Origin: Callorhinchus milii
Lineage: Eukaryota
Reading direction: 5' to 3'
Length of the DNA: 64,000 nucleotides
NCBI RefSeq assembly: GCF_018977255.1
Contig: NW_024704742.1
Span: 87,422,001-87,486,000 of the forward strand
The notes under the pieces are model-generated. The model was given only the letters and a program-made list of their open reading frames with translations. It was not told the origin of the DNA and did not search any database. The translations under genes and the position numbers were made by a program. Below are positions 9,691-23,339 of this stretch, in pieces; within the stretch, counting starts at the first letter, position 1; the number at the start of each line of letters is the position of its first letter.

Positions 9691-11000
9691 TTGCTGTACT
9701 TTGAAGTTGTAAAGAAATGTATCACAAGTACAAAGCACATCCTGTACTTAAAGGATATTGAGAATATTGGTGAAATATAAGAAAGGGGAGAATATATACA
9801 TATTGATCTTCACCCCCGCCCCGTATGCATAAAATCCAAGATCTGCTTTGCCACTGTCTAATTCACACTTTTTTGATCTGCACCCCCACGCTAACCTGAC
9901 TCCATTTTGCTCCAGGGGTTCTCTTAGATGATGACTAGAAATTATCTCTGCATCATTTCACACAAATCGTGGGTTACTCTGTTCAGTGGTTGGCTTTGTT
10001 AAATCTGTCTGCGTATTGCATTCGTGCCTGATTTCTGTGTCTTCATTGTGCCATCTCTTGTCTGTTTTTCTAAAGTCTGAATACACAGTACTTGTAAAAC
10101 CTAATGAAACCCCTGAGATCTTCCCCTAGAAGTGGGCATGTGAAAATTATATGTGGACGTGTTTCACATTCAACTCGTGCCAAACTTTACATCGATGTAT
10201 TATGTGAAAATATATATTCAACATTACGTTTAACAAACAAAACTCTTTTACAAATGCCCATGCTGTCTTTTGCATAATAACATATAGGTATATTTACATG
10301 ATAATTAATAATATAATAATCTTTGCATTTGATGCAGATCCTTTCACATCAGGAGATTGTCTCAAAGAGCTTTGCAGGATTTATTGTGGTGCAGTGACTA
10401 TTTTGTTGATGAATGTTAAATACATATGGCATTTAGACTATTTACTTTATATACTATGATTTCAGACAAAACCTGGCTATTGGTTTGCCATTTTAATTAA
10501 TTGTGCATCTTCTAATTGCACAGAGTAAGAGTTATGGCATTTTGATAAGTTCCACATATTTCTAATTAAACCAAAGTTATTGTGTAACTTTTCAGGGGGT
10601 CCTGTTTTTTTAAAGATACTGCATTTTTCCTACTTTATAATGGACCTGAGGTATTTTGTGCAAATGCCTTCCCATGCTATTTGTGTAACCAGCTAAAATT
10701 ACGTTGTATAGGAGCAGCTCAGGGCAAGTCTCCCTTCTTATGGTAAAGTGCCTATCCTCTGCCAGTGTTTCTACCATGTGTGTCTGCCCTTTGCACATGA
10801 TGCTGTGTTGCCCTGTGGTCTTGGAGTCTATATGAATGACTTGCTTTAAGTTCTGGGATCTGAAGTTAATGCACTGGCAATTTAATTTTTTTTGGATGCA
10901 TTTTTATTTTACTTCTTGTGAAATATTTTTGTGTTAAGCAAACGTGTTGCATTATAACTGGTTCCATTTTCTTCTGTCAAAATTGCAGTAAAGTGTTGGA

Positions 11001-11229
11001 ATAATAATAATCCTTGCATTTGATATGGCTCTTTTCACGTCTTCTAGGCATCTCAAAGCGCTTCACAGAATAGACTGTAAAGTGAATTGACCATATATTT
11101 GTGGGCGAAAAGCGGCAGCCAATTGCGCACAGCAGTGTCCCACAAACAGTCATGGATTGAAAGTGACCAATTTATTATAGTTTTGGAGGGATTATTATTA
11201 GGCATGTGGAATAAGAAAACTTGCCCAAG
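11001..11229 (-). mobile_element. tRNA/Deu-domain SINE, short form lacking head
   Basis: Tail, core and GGAGGGATTATTATTAGGCATGTGG...CTTGCCCAAG match copies 47333 and 52198. Confidence 0.9.
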
Positions 11230-12934
11230 AATAGCCCACACATGTGTGCTGTATCTTGTCACCTTTTCAGCATTATCGGATACTAGCCAATGATTTGGCC
11301 GAAAAAGTAATGGCCCTTAAACTCTCTTGAACCAATAGCCTCCCATTTTATTCTGGGATCAGAAGTTATTTCTTAAGATGATTGAATATCCATTTAGTGT
11401 AGAGACCCAAATGAGGGAAGGAGGAATGTATCCGTTAAGCATTCCCACAATGTGACCAAAATGCCTCTGGATTTTTTTTTCAGGTAGAGGAAAGTGCCCA
11501 TTATAGCATCTTCCCCGAATTCCTTTATAAAATTGTCACTGTGCCACAGATCACTCTGGTGTTATCGATGACGTGTTTGTATGCCTGAAACTTCACTGGT
11601 GCCTCCCACACAGACTGGGATGCTGACCTGCAAAGAGTATAAAATCAAAAATATGTCTCCAAAATAATGCATTTTCTACCATGTACTGACAATGTGGAAT
11701 TTTGAACTATTTGAGAAATTCAGCTGTACTTCAATGACCCTTGCCTTGCGTTCTGTCTCACAGGAACAGGGAATATTAGCTTGGATGTGCTTAGCGCGAA
11801 TGAGGTCCAGCTGAACAAACAGAATCTGTCACAAATCAGCCCCAATCTAATTTCTCCCCTGGGCAAAATTGTTTCCAAGATCTGGATAGACAAGCTGACC
11901 GTGTTCGGGATTCTTTATTATTCAAGGCCAAAAACTCTGTTTCTCTGAGAATCCTACAAACTAACTTATTGATGCATAAGGATAACCAAACGCAGCAGTG
12001 GAGAATGCAAGCCCTTGTTTGATTCATTTTATGGGTTTAAGGATAAACCATACGAAACATTTCCTCCATGCGATTTGTGTATGCTTGAGTTTATAATCGA
12101 TTAGGTTGTGTATGATCTGTGCAAGGAGCGGGTTTGTTTGAGGCGCTAAACTACCTTTTCTTGTTTCTTTGCGCTTTGTACTTCTTCAAATAGAAATTGC
12201 ACCAAATAGAGCAAGCAAACTTTGGGCTGCTTGTTTCTCTGCTTGTGTTTCTAAAGTTTATGATTTATGGATTAATTTGGCAGGAATTTAGGGTCTTGCA
12301 TGAGCCCTGACTACGCAATTAATTTTTGCACATGGCTTTAATGAGCTTCATATGGGTGGATCTCTTGTCCCCTCTCAAATCATAGGAATCAAGAAAATCA
12401 GTGGCGAGATTAGAAAGAATTTCTTGACTCAGAGGCTTGTTAGCGTATGGAATACAATTTGTTTATGTAGTGCCTTCTGGTTTGGGAGGATGTCTCAAAT
12501 CGGTTAACGGTGCTGGATAGGCACCTGAGCCAGAGGTGAGGAGGGAAAAGATGACTGAAAACACGGTCAAAGAGATCTGTTTTGAGATGTGCCTTGAACA
12601 TAGCGAGAGTGAGTTAGGAGGAACTCCGGGAGACGTTCCGGAGGCTGGCCTGATCAATGGGATTGTTCAAAAGAGAACTGGATAAGCACCTGAGCGGGTA
12701 AAGACATGAGCAGATTAGGGAAAGAGTTGAAGACAATAACCAGAATTTGCAAGTGTATATTGCCTTTCACATGGTGTAATATCTTGAAGTTCTTTATAGA
12801 CAGTGGAAACTCGTAGTGGGATTAATGTGTTGCTATTTAATTCATAATTTTTCTCAACTGTATTTGCTTAGTTTCTTAACTATAATGTTTGAGCATTATA
12901 GTTTATCTACTGTTCTTACCTGACATCCAGAATC

Positions 12935-13120
12935 CTTGGAATTTTTTCCCCTCTCCCAAGCATAGGGAATACTGATGCCACTTGTAGTGCCCAACTGTTC
13001 TCCCTGCTGAGATTACTGTGGTTACTTTTGTATCAACATGGGATTGAACCTAATACCTTTTGCTTTGTATGGCTTAGTTCTGCACAAAGCAATACATTAA
13101 ACTAACTGAATCACCAGGGA
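12935..13120 (-). mobile_element. Ancient tRNA-derived SINE (AmnSINE2-like, tentative)
   Basis: TTCCCCTCTCCC...ACTGATGCCACTTGTAGTGCCC...GCTGAGAT...GGGATTGAACCT; related copies at ~35060-35225 (-), ~45665-45805 (+) and ~56905-57010 (+). Confidence 0.5.
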
Positions 13121-14510
13121 CTTCAGGGAAAAGTATATATTTGAAAACAATGTACCTTCATAAAGATGCAGCTTAAAGTTGCCAAAGGGGGCATCTTTGC
13201 TCTTCCTCAAATAGAAATTGCACCAAGTAGAGCAAACAAACCTACGGCTGCTTAATTATTTTTTTTGTTTAATTATGAAATATTTGTAAAAAAAGATGGC
13301 TTTGTAAATGAAGAAAGACAAGGATTACATGTAATTGATTCTCTGCTTTATAGGTCACTGATCTTTCATGTAGTATTGACTGACAGTACAAGATTAAAAA
13401 TCAGATATTGCTACTTTAAAGTTTGTTAAGCATAGCACTTTAAAAACAAATCTGGTTGGTTACCTAATCTGGTTTGCATGTTGGGAGATTGGAGAATTCA
13501 CCCATACAATAACTTTCAGATGAAGGTGTTGTATAACTTGATAATTGAAAATGATAATTTACTTTGAACTTCCACATGTTTGGCCTTTTTTTTGATGTAT
13601 TTTAGCATTTTTCTTTTGTATTGCAATATTTTTATAAACTTAGTCATAGTAGTCAAGTTATTTTAGCTGCTGTTGCTCACCTTTTGCTAATATTTTGTAG
13701 CATTTATTTGGTACATCTGCAAGCTACAGTGTATTGGTGAGGTCCAGGGTAGTCATGCAATTGATGATGATGGTAATCCTACTAATCTTTACATTTGGTA
13801 TAATGCCTTTCACGTCAGGAGGACTTCCAAGAGCACTTCCCAGAATGTATTGTAAAGTGCAGGGACTGAATGTTTTGTGGGTAAATGAGATGATGATAAA
13901 TGATGAGAAATTCCTGTGACTTTCAGTACTGCACTTGCTGCTTCCTCCAAACTTTGTGGTGTGATCTGTGAATGATTTGTGGAAGACTTCATGGTCATAT
14001 GATTGGCAGTGTCCCAAAAGAACTTCTTTATCGTAGCTCTATACTAAGCTTATTCACCAATTTGTACTTTATAAAATAGGATTATGCTGCCTAGATAATT
14101 AAACATTCAAAACTTTTGAATTGGTTTTGTTTAATGCAAGCTATGTAAATCGGTTTGCTTTTCAAGTCTAAAATGCCGACTTAAGACATTTTTAAAATTG
14201 TGAATCTTTCATGAAATCAAACAAAAGTTGTCATGAGGAAATCTAAATTGACCGAAAGCTCATTCCTCTTCTACATTACTTTTACTTTAATGATGACATC
14301 TAGTTGTAATCGGAATAACCCCAATGCTTACACCATTGTCTTCTTGAGTTGATATCCTAAACCTTCATTACTCATCACTGAAATTTTCTAAATTACTCTT
14401 CACTAATTTTCGCTAAGTTCACTGGCCCTATTTTCTTGACTTGTGTGAAGTAATTGGCTTGTTTAGTATTTAACTTGTACGCATCAGGTTCTTGCTTTCA
14501 GCCATCTTTT

Positions 14511-14845
14511 GAGTCTGTAGCTTACCAGTTAGAGCATTCGCCTCACAAGCGAGAAGACCTGGGATTGATTTCCTGGCAGGGCGAAACTTTGAGTAAGTTT
14601 GCTTACTCCACATGGCTCTAGCAGTAAGTAGGAACCCGGTTAATCGATTGGCGGATCACTTTCCGGGGGGATTAATATTACCTCAAAAAAATAATAATTT
14701 GGTCACTTAATCCACAACCTTTTAACTGCGTTTCACCCACACAATATACACACAATTCACTTTACAGTATATTCTGTGAAGCACTTTGAGACATCTCAAA
14801 GTCTTGATAAGGCACTATATCAAATGCAAGGATGATTATTATTAT
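14511..14845 (+). mobile_element. Full-length tRNA/Deu-domain SINE, long form
   Basis: GAGTCTGTAG...TTAGAGCATTCGCCTCACAAGCGAG head, CTAGCAGTAAGTAGGAACCCGG segment, ATCAAATGCAAGGATGATTATT tail. Confidence 0.9.
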
Positions 14846-16435
14846 AAAGCATAAGAATTCATCTTCAAATTTTCACACTGGTCTCGTCTTTGCTTTCGTT
14901 ATCAAAAATATAATGAACAGGACTTCAATCCTGTCTACCTGTACAGGTGGACATTGGGAGTTCCTCCCGCATTTGCTGACAAAATGCACAGTCAGCCACT
15001 TTACAATATACCCAATGAAAGGTGCAATATAAGTTGTTTAAGAATGACTAACAATTATCAATGCACTGTATTTACCAGACTTGTGAGCTGGAAGGAATGT
15101 CTTTTGAATTGGACATATGTGGGGTTAAATTTAGTAGTAGGTGTGAGAGGTGCCTCCTTTACAAAAGAATTACTGTGGTAAGTAATTTCCTTCCGTACTG
15201 ACCACTGTTGTCTATAGTTTGCATGTAACTCAGACAGAAGAATCATTGTGAGTTTGAGACAAATTATCAGCAGTTTGAAAAATGTTGCACCCAGAATAAA
15301 TCAAATCGATGGGGAGGCGGAACGTTACAAGGTTAACTGGCAGATTTTGAGAATTTGCTGCTGCAGATATTTTAGAAAATGAATTTTCAGAAACTAATTA
15401 AACAGAGTAAGTTTCTTAATTTATGTTATGGCTTATGTCAATTGACATAATGTGTGTGTCTGCTGAGATTTTCCTCAATGCGTTCATGTGTCATCTAATA
15501 CATTGACTTTCTTAATTTGCACTGGCTAATGCATTTTAAGTTCACTTTAAGTGACCTTCAGTTCAAGTGCATAATATTAAGAAATCAATATTTTTTCGGG
15601 GGGTTGGGGTTGCGCCACTTGCAGCTGGTGGAAGATGAACAACCTTTTTAGTTGACTCTGTGTGGTTGTTCAAGAGATCGTGAAATTCTCTTGAGGTTTT
15701 CCAATATTTCTGAAACTTTTTTTGTAGCAATGGCTGTTTCTTTTTTTTAAAAAAAAAGCTTGCAAAGTTGATATTAGGGGAATGTCCTTGAGGGCAGCAG
15801 ATAAGGATTGAATCATGAGATGACAAATGGAAACTGGGGATATTCTAAATGCAAGTGACTTTTTTGGTGTTGCGTTCTTTGTTCTGAATCATTCATTATT
15901 TTATTGCTGCCTCTTGTGTGACACAGATTGTTATGAGCAACCACATGGTGTCCTTTCCCTAGGCAGTAAAATCCTAAATAAATGTTTTGAAATGCATATT
16001 ACTATACAGTACTAGCTACAGTTATTATACCAATGTGAATCTATGCATATAATCACCATAAAACACAAGGTTGGTTTTGAGGTGACAGTTTGTTCAGTTT
16101 ACTGCATATCAGTATTGTATGTTTGTATCCACTGTCACTGAAACAAGCTAGACAGTTAAACCCTTCGTCAAAATTAAACTGAGTCAGAGTGCAAAAACAA
16201 CACTAAGTGACTAACCAATAAACGGCTTGGGACTCTTGGGGAAAATGAAGAAGCTTCTATTACTTGGTTTCACGGGAGCAGAAAAAGATCGGTGAAGGGA
16301 ACCAGACAGTGTAACTGTATGGATCACATTATTTAAACATGTTTTTAAAAACTTGTCTTTGGTCTGTGGATTATCCAATTTGAACCAGATGTACATTGGA
16401 GGCACTGTAATGGTCTTTAGTTTCCTAAGGCAGCA

Positions 16436-16800
16436 ATAACAATAACTTGCATTTATATAGGGAAATCACGCAGGGAAATCTTGGAGCACTTAACAGTGAT
16501 AAAACATGACGCAAGCTGGAAAGACAGTGGAGGAGACTGTAGGCATGGTCGAAGAGTACGGTCTTCAGGTACTTCTGAAGACAGATGGGTAGGGGGCAAT
16601 GTGGAGATATAGAGAGTTTTGAACATAGTGGCTGAAATCACGACCGCCGATGGTGGAGCAGAGGGGATGAGGGGTATGCTGAGCAAAGGGCGGGGGGGGA
16701 ACGGGAGCTGTGTGTGTGTAGTGGAGTTGGGTGTAAGAAAGTTGGAGAGGTATGGAGGTACTAGGGTAAAAGGGTAGAAAAAGCTGAAACTTTAAAGATG
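16436..16800 (-). mobile_element. Decayed L2 LINE 3' fragment
   Basis: AATAACTTGCATTTATATAG tail followed by purine-rich GCATGGTCGAAGAG... sequence similar to the L2 at 33665. Confidence 0.65.
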
Positions 16801-17878
16801 AAACTTTTGTCAACATAATGCGCTATAGGAAATGCAAGAATTATTTATTATTGATAAAGTGTACTTGGATGGCTGTTGGATGAGCTGAGTATTGGGTTGA
16901 GCACACAGAGTGGTGGCCATGTAGTGCTCCATTTTCAGGGTTGCATGGGGAAAATGACCTGAGATACAGGAGGCTGGGCTCTATAGGAAACTGCATCAGT
17001 CACCACAGTCCGTAGAGGTAATGGAATGAGAAACGTGTGAGGTTCTCAATGCACAGAATTGCCCACGTGTTTTTCCTGTATAGTTTGGGAGTTTAGTGAT
17101 TTCTTGAACCATTCTCCTGTGTATCTGTGATGTGACTGCAGAAGGTCGTTGAAACAGATCTGATTTACAAATGTGTGCAGCATAATGTAGAAAACCAGGA
17201 AGAACTGTTCTTTGAAAGGTCATGTGCCGCTTATCTGGAGTACATGGAATGTCTAGTTGTAAGTACGGACTGTAGCCATGACAACTGCTGCTTTGATTAC
17301 CTCTAAAGCCAACACTCCATCAGGAGTGTTGGTTCAGCAGCTGAACAGTTATCTTGGAGCAAATGTCACCTGAGTAAAATCATACCAGAAAGTTCAAGGC
17401 TTAATATTCATCATATACATTTGGTTCTTTCCCGCTTTGAGCAAATGGCAAGTAATAATTGACTGCATTCTTTGTTGCACAACTAATCCCATCACATTGG
17501 AACAAATCTTAGGTCTACATTTATTTCACCTTTTGATCAGAGTTTGAGGGTTGTACTGAGTAGATAAAGTAAAATAATTCTTGCATTTTATACAGGACCT
17601 TAACATGTCATCACTGTCTCAAAGTTCTTCATAGAATTTACTTTAAAGTAGTCACTGTATTTGTAGACTAATGCGGTAGCCAATCTGCACACAACAATGT
17701 CCCACAAACAGCCATAAGTATTGTATTAATGACTGTATTTTAATTAAGCATTGAAACTTGGAAAGAAATGTTGAGTTATTAAACCAAGTTGTCTTTGATA
17801 TATGAAATGCCTGTAAGATGATTTTGGTTTGACTATTCAATCGAAAAAGTACTGTTTCTCGGAAAGCCAAATTCACAA

Positions 17879-18247
17879 AATAATAATCCTTGCATTTGAT
17901 ATAGTATTTTGTCTTCGAGGCATCTCATAACGCTGCACAGAATATACTGTAAAGTGAATTGACTGTATATTTTGTGGGTGAAATGCTGCAGCCAATTGTA
18001 CACAGCAATTGTCCCACAAATAGTTGTGGATTGAGTTATTATGTTATTATCAATTATTATGTTTTTCAGGGATTATTACCCATGGAAAAGTGATCCGGCA
18101 ATCGACTAACCAGGTTCCTACTTACTACTAGTTAAACAGAGGAGTGTAGAGCAAGGAAATTTGCCCGACGTTTCCCCCTGCCCAGGAATCAAACCCAGGT
18201 CTCTCGCTTGCGAGGCAAATGCTTGAACCAATACGCTACAGGATTCC
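17879..18247 (-). mobile_element. Full-length tRNA/Deu-domain SINE, long form
   Basis: Colinear with copies 1789 and 54833, including the CCAGGTTCCTACTTACT segment and the tRNA head. Confidence 0.9.
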
Positions 18248-19059
18248 ACAAAAGTAATCAGAGGCTTTTTTTTTATAAAAACTCTTCTTGGATCTTTAAA
18301 AAAACAGACTCATCTGCTCTATTCCTCTAGCTGTCATTACATTTAAAGTTTTCTTTAAAAATTTTATATAATTGCTATTTTGAGAGTTTGGCTGGAATAT
18401 GCCTTTTTCTAATTGTTAAGTATTTTCTTGGAATGTGTCCACCAACACAAAATCTTGACAGTTTGTTTGAAAAGTGAATTTGAAGGTAATTAATTAACTC
18501 AGCCAGAACCCTGCAGGGTATCAAAGAGCTGGTTTAATTTTGAGCAATGCTTCTTACCAGTTGCTGTAAATTGGAGTGACATTGCAAGGATGTTTAACTT
18601 CCAGTCTTAACACTGTAGCTGTGCTTAGCAATGATTTGGTTCTGTGTGGGGCGTGCTGGTTCTGGCAGGGGTGACAGATGTTCTTGTTATGTAGAGTAGC
18701 GGTAACATGAGCACAGCAGATTGTCAACCTGCTTTTCTTTGTCCTAACAAACAAACTGGGGGTGAAATTGGAAAAGAAGGATGCACATAACCCATATTTG
18801 GATTGGCTAGTAATTGTAGTGCGGCTGACTAAAATAATTGGACTTGCGTAAGATGCTTGTTCCAATTGTTCTGAATCTATTTAGGGATAGTACTTGATTC
18901 TCTAATGCTGAGTAGTAATCAGGGTTTTATTAAAAAAACTAAATTGGTACTTTATTGGTCTTGGCATAATACAGATGACAAAGATTGTAATGATGCATTG
19001 TGTACCACATACACTGAGGTTCTTAGCATTCTGTGTTAGGTGGAAGAAGAGATAATTTA

Positions 19060-19780
19060 TGCTTATAGAAATATACAATAGGAGGCTATTTAGCCCTTTT
19101 TTCTAATTGCTCCTCCAAGAAACCATCCATTCCTAATACCCTGCCCTTTCCCCGCAGCCTCTAATACCATTTCCCTGCATGTTTGTCAGAATTCTCGCCT
19201 CAATGGCACAAACCAACTTTGATCTAACAGCCACCTCGACAAATCATCCGTGACTATAATTGGGTAAATTACAGGGTAACCGTTTTAGTTGGGAATTAGC
19301 CAAATTTATCTATCTTAAGTATCCAATTTTTATCACAACTTTCCTCTGACACATCAGTCTCTAAATCTAAGAAATCTTGAGTTATTTATATTTGAGAACA
19401 AGCACTGGTTCCTTTTTTGAAAACATTTTTGTTTTTTTTGTTCCACCACCTGTATCGATAGTTTGTTCATTGAAAAACAACCTGCTACATTTCCTATTCA
19501 TTTGTCATTTTGGTTTGAAGATTTGATCCCTAGATCTATTGTTTGAATTCTATGTGAATCCACATTTCTCTATAATCTTAGCAATCCTCTGATGTCACAG
19601 TGGCCTCTCTCTGAGAGAAAGAAGTTCTCGCATAGCTGACCTTTAATAGCTTTGTCCCATAAATTCTGAAATTAACTATTTAGTCCATTTCCGCACTCCT
19701 TCCAACAACTGAATATTCTTTTTGAAAAGGGGAGACCCAAAGCTGAACACAAGTATTCCAGATGGAATCCAAAAGGACTA
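19060..19780 (-). mobile_element. Decayed CR1 LINE fragments
   Basis: ATAGAAAT...GGAGGCTATTTAGCCC (CR1 3' end, reverse) and GGGGAGACCCAAAGCTGAACACAAGTATTCCAGATG (CR1 ORF2 C-terminal region, reverse); interrupted. Confidence 0.55.
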
Positions 19781-19988
19781 TATTTTACATTCCCACCGCC
19801 TTGCTCTCCACCCCTTTTGATTCCAACTCCCAGCTCGGGTGGTTGTAGATTTTAAAGTGTGGAGGGGGGGATTTTGGGTTGTGCTACATCTGGGCACATT
19901 CTCGCTGTGATCTTGTGGGCTATGGGGATGAGAACAGTTTAAGAATGAATAAGTATGATGTTCCAGGGGAAGAGTAAGGCCAGTCTTA

Positions 19989-20418
19989 GCAGCCCGGTGC
20001 AGTGGTAGCATTCTTGCCTCTAAGTCAGAAGGTCTGTAAGTTCAAGCCCCACGTCAGTCCCTGGAATCTAAGCTGACACTCCAATGCAATGCTGGGGATT
20101 GTTGCATTGTCGGAAGTACCATCCTTCAGATGAGACATTAAACCAAGGTCCTGTCTGCCTATTCAGGTGGATGTTCAAGATCCCATGGAGTAACCAAAAC
20201 GTGAAGGGAGTTTCACTCTTCCAGTGTTTTGGCCAACAATCCCCCAAATAAAATTGGTCACTCACTTCATGGCTGTTTGTGGGACATTGCTCTGAACAAA
20301 TTGGCTGCCATGTTTCACCCACAAATTAGACAATCCACTTTACAGTATATCCTGTGAAGCGCTTTGAGAAATCTCAGTGAATTGATAAGGCACTATATCT
20401 AATGCAAGGATTATTATA
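19989..20418 (+). mobile_element. SacSINE1-like full-length DeuSINE
   Basis: CAGTGGTAGCATTCTTGCCTCTAAGTCAGAAGG...GTTCAAGCCCCAC tRNA head, Deu core GCTGTTTGTGGGACATTGC...AATTGGCTGCC, L2-type tail. Confidence 0.85.
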
Positions 20419-20902
20419 ACTGATCTTGGCCCAGCAGGGCTAGAGGCCAGAGAATCACCATATAGTTGCTTTTGCAGCTGCACTGTTGCCAACACATGGC
20501 AGGGTGGAATGTTTGCAATGTGTACATGAGACAGGCAGGTACAGGGCGCAATTTTGAGCTTCCCTATCATTCTGCTGCAGATTTTATCTGAGAGTGAGTT
20601 GCCCAGTTCCTGCTCCCGATGCAGTGTAGGTTTTAATAGTTAAATGGGAGAGTATCAATCTGGGATTGGGAAGAATTTCAACAATTTGCATTTTTTTCAT
20701 TTTCCAAGCGAGAGGGTGGTAGCTTAGGGTTGATTTATTTTAGGATTGCAAGGTCCTGAAATTTATTGTACAAAAATCATTGGTGCATGATGACATTTTT
20801 GTTTGATATTTTTCATCTTTAGAATCTGGAGGAGTTTTCACCCAAAGTGTGGCAGGGATTGGAAGCTTAGGAGTCAGTCCAGGCCCTTGTTATGTTATAT
20901 TA

Positions 20903-21123
20903 ATAATGATTATTAATAATGATACCTCCAAAAAACAAAAACAATAATAAATTGGTCATTTTCCATCCACGACTGTTTGTGGGACACTGCTGTGTACAAT
21001 TGGCTGCAGCGTTTCACCCACAAATATACAGTCAATTCACTTTACAGTATATTCTGTGAAGCGCTTTGAGACGTCTAGAAGACGTGAAAAGTGATGTATC
21101 AAATGCAAGGATTATTATTATTA
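20903..21123 (+). mobile_element. tRNA/Deu-domain SINE, 3' two-thirds
   Basis: CCTCCAAAAAAC...GACTGTTTGTGGGACACTGCTGTG...ATCAAATGCAAGGATTATTATT. Confidence 0.9.
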
Positions 21124-21999
21124 AACACTAGCAATTTCACTAACACACCCTCAGTTAAACGGCTGTGACAAGGGAAAACAGCAAATATGATCCTTAAAGC
21201 TTTCAACATTGACCAAGTCAGGTGAGCAAATTTGCCCCTACAATTGTAATATATAATGACTCCCACCAATGTGGAAACTCTATAAAACTGTGAAAAGCAA
21301 CACTAGAAAATGGAAGAGAAATCTAAGGAATGTTGAAATGAGTGGACCTAGCGACATCAAATTCAATGCTGATAGCTCCTAGCCCCATGGGTAGTTTTGT
21401 GCTTCTAACTATGATTAATCGCTCTGGAAATTTGTGCCTAAATTCGAATTGTGAGTTTTAGATGCCCTTGATGAACTGGTCAGGTCCCTCTCTTCACTTA
21501 TTGATTAGATTGTGACAAGGAATGCATAATTGATGAAGCATTTCAACCCATATGGCTCTGATTGTGAGTAGTTGCTTGCATTTGGAGAACTGCAATATGA
21601 CCATTGATTGCCCATGAAGTTGCAATGTATAGCCCCAGCACATTGTGTCTCAAATCACTAACAGTAATGGATACATGTTGTGCAAAAATTACAAAGACAA
21701 AGGTGAAAAGAGAACTATTCCATTGAATGAGTAAATTCTATTCTGAAGACAAGTGGAAGATAGGTGACAAATCTACATTTGTCTGGATTTGAGCACTTTG
21801 GGTGAATGAGTAAGGGAGAATGGGCTCTTATCTTTGGTGGCAAAATGGAAGATTTGGTCCTAGACTTTAGGAGAGTGATGAGTGCTTTTATTCTCCCCAG
21901 CGTACACCTTCTGCACAGAAGCTTTGGGCGTTAATGATTTACTCAGGTGGGATGGCAGCTGTTTTAGTAAAATACAGTAAAATATAATAGTATTGCTTT

Positions 22000-22325
22000 G
22001 CAGTCCTGTAGCTCAGTGGTTAGAGCACTCGCTTTGCAAGTGAGAGACCTGAGTTCAATTCCAGGCACAGGGCGAAACCTTGGGCAAGTTTCCTTACTCC
22101 ACATACCTAATAATAATCCCTCCAAAAAACCAAAAACAATAATTAAATTGGTAATTTTCAATCTACGACTGTTTGTGGGACATTGCTGTGCGCAATTGGC
22201 TGCCGCGTTCGCCCACAAATATACAGTCAATTCACTTTACAGTGTGTTCTGTGAAGCACTTTGGGACGTCCTCCTGACGTGAAAAGCGCTATATCAAATA
22301 CAAGGATTATTATTATTATTATTAT
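22000..22325 (+). mobile_element. Full-length tRNA(Ala-like)/Deu-domain SINE, short form
   Basis: A box TAGCTCAGTGG, B box GAGTTCAATTCC, anticodon-like arm CTCGC-TTTGCAA-GTGAG, Deu core, tail GGACGTCCTCCTGACGTGAAAAGCGC plus (ATT)n. Confidence 0.93.
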
Positions 22326-23339
22326 AAGTCTGCAATTGCTTTATGCTGTGATATTTGAAGTGGAATACGCTAACAATATATTGTTACATTTCCTTCTACA
22401 TTAAATATCGACACTGCCACTCTGCTTTTTTTAAAAAACAATTTAAAACCATCTACTTGGATCTTAAGGACTCATTTAGTGTGCATTTACCCAAAATATA
22501 GAAATGGCTGTTATACATTCTCATCGTTATGTGCCAAAACCAATGCAGGGAGGTGGAAATGAGATGTAACCTTCAACTTGGTAATGTCTTGACTTGTTTG
22601 GACAGGTTGATAATTACTGCAGTATATTAAATGCACCTTTTTCTGAGTAACATTAGATGCTAAAAGGCTCATATGACCACACTTGTGCAGTGTCCTGAAA
22701 ATTGCCACTGTTTAATTATTGTAGTCTATGATTATTATATCTCTTTCCTATTGCTGGAAAACATAACTTGCTTTATCATAGGTTTAACATATCGCAATAG
22801 TATCTTGTGGTGTCTATAGCCTGGAGGCAGTGTTTTGATCCTTACTGTTATAATGTAAATCGAGTCCATTAATATTGTGTGAAAAACATAGTCAGTTCTT
22901 ACACCAGGTTCATCAGATTGCATCAGAAAATCGTTGAATCTGGCAGAGTTCTCCTGAATGGAGATGAAAGGATCGCACAGCTAGTTTGAGGTAGGATTTT
23001 GTTGCAAAAACGTTATAAGAAACCAATGTAGGGGATGGGGGCAGGAGGTTCTGTGTGAAAGAAGTTGAGATTAAGAGATTGGGAATTTGAGCTATGAAAT
23101 CTGAGATAAAAGTAATAAATATAACTTGAGCTTTCATGAAACTAGTTGCTGTCAGCACAAGTTGTGTGATGTTTGAAATGTAGCATGCTTGTAATGGCTA
23201 GTTCAATAGTTCACATGGCCTGTGCGATATGGTTATTGGAAAAAATTGCACTAATTTTTTTGGTGCAAATATTTCTCTTACTAAACCCGCATTTTAACAT
23301 GTTAGATTTGTATGTGTGATGCTTCTCTCTGTCTGTCAG

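Noticed and set aside
14946..15177. Exon candidate ending at GTAAGT
   Set aside because: Overlaps decayed SINE-like sequence and encodes nothing recognisable
22000..22075. tRNA-Ala(TGC)-like cloverleaf (also at 47565, 52430, 55130, 57166)
   Set aside because: SINE heads: imperfect T stem, variable anticodon loop between copies, always followed by a SINE body or LINE tail
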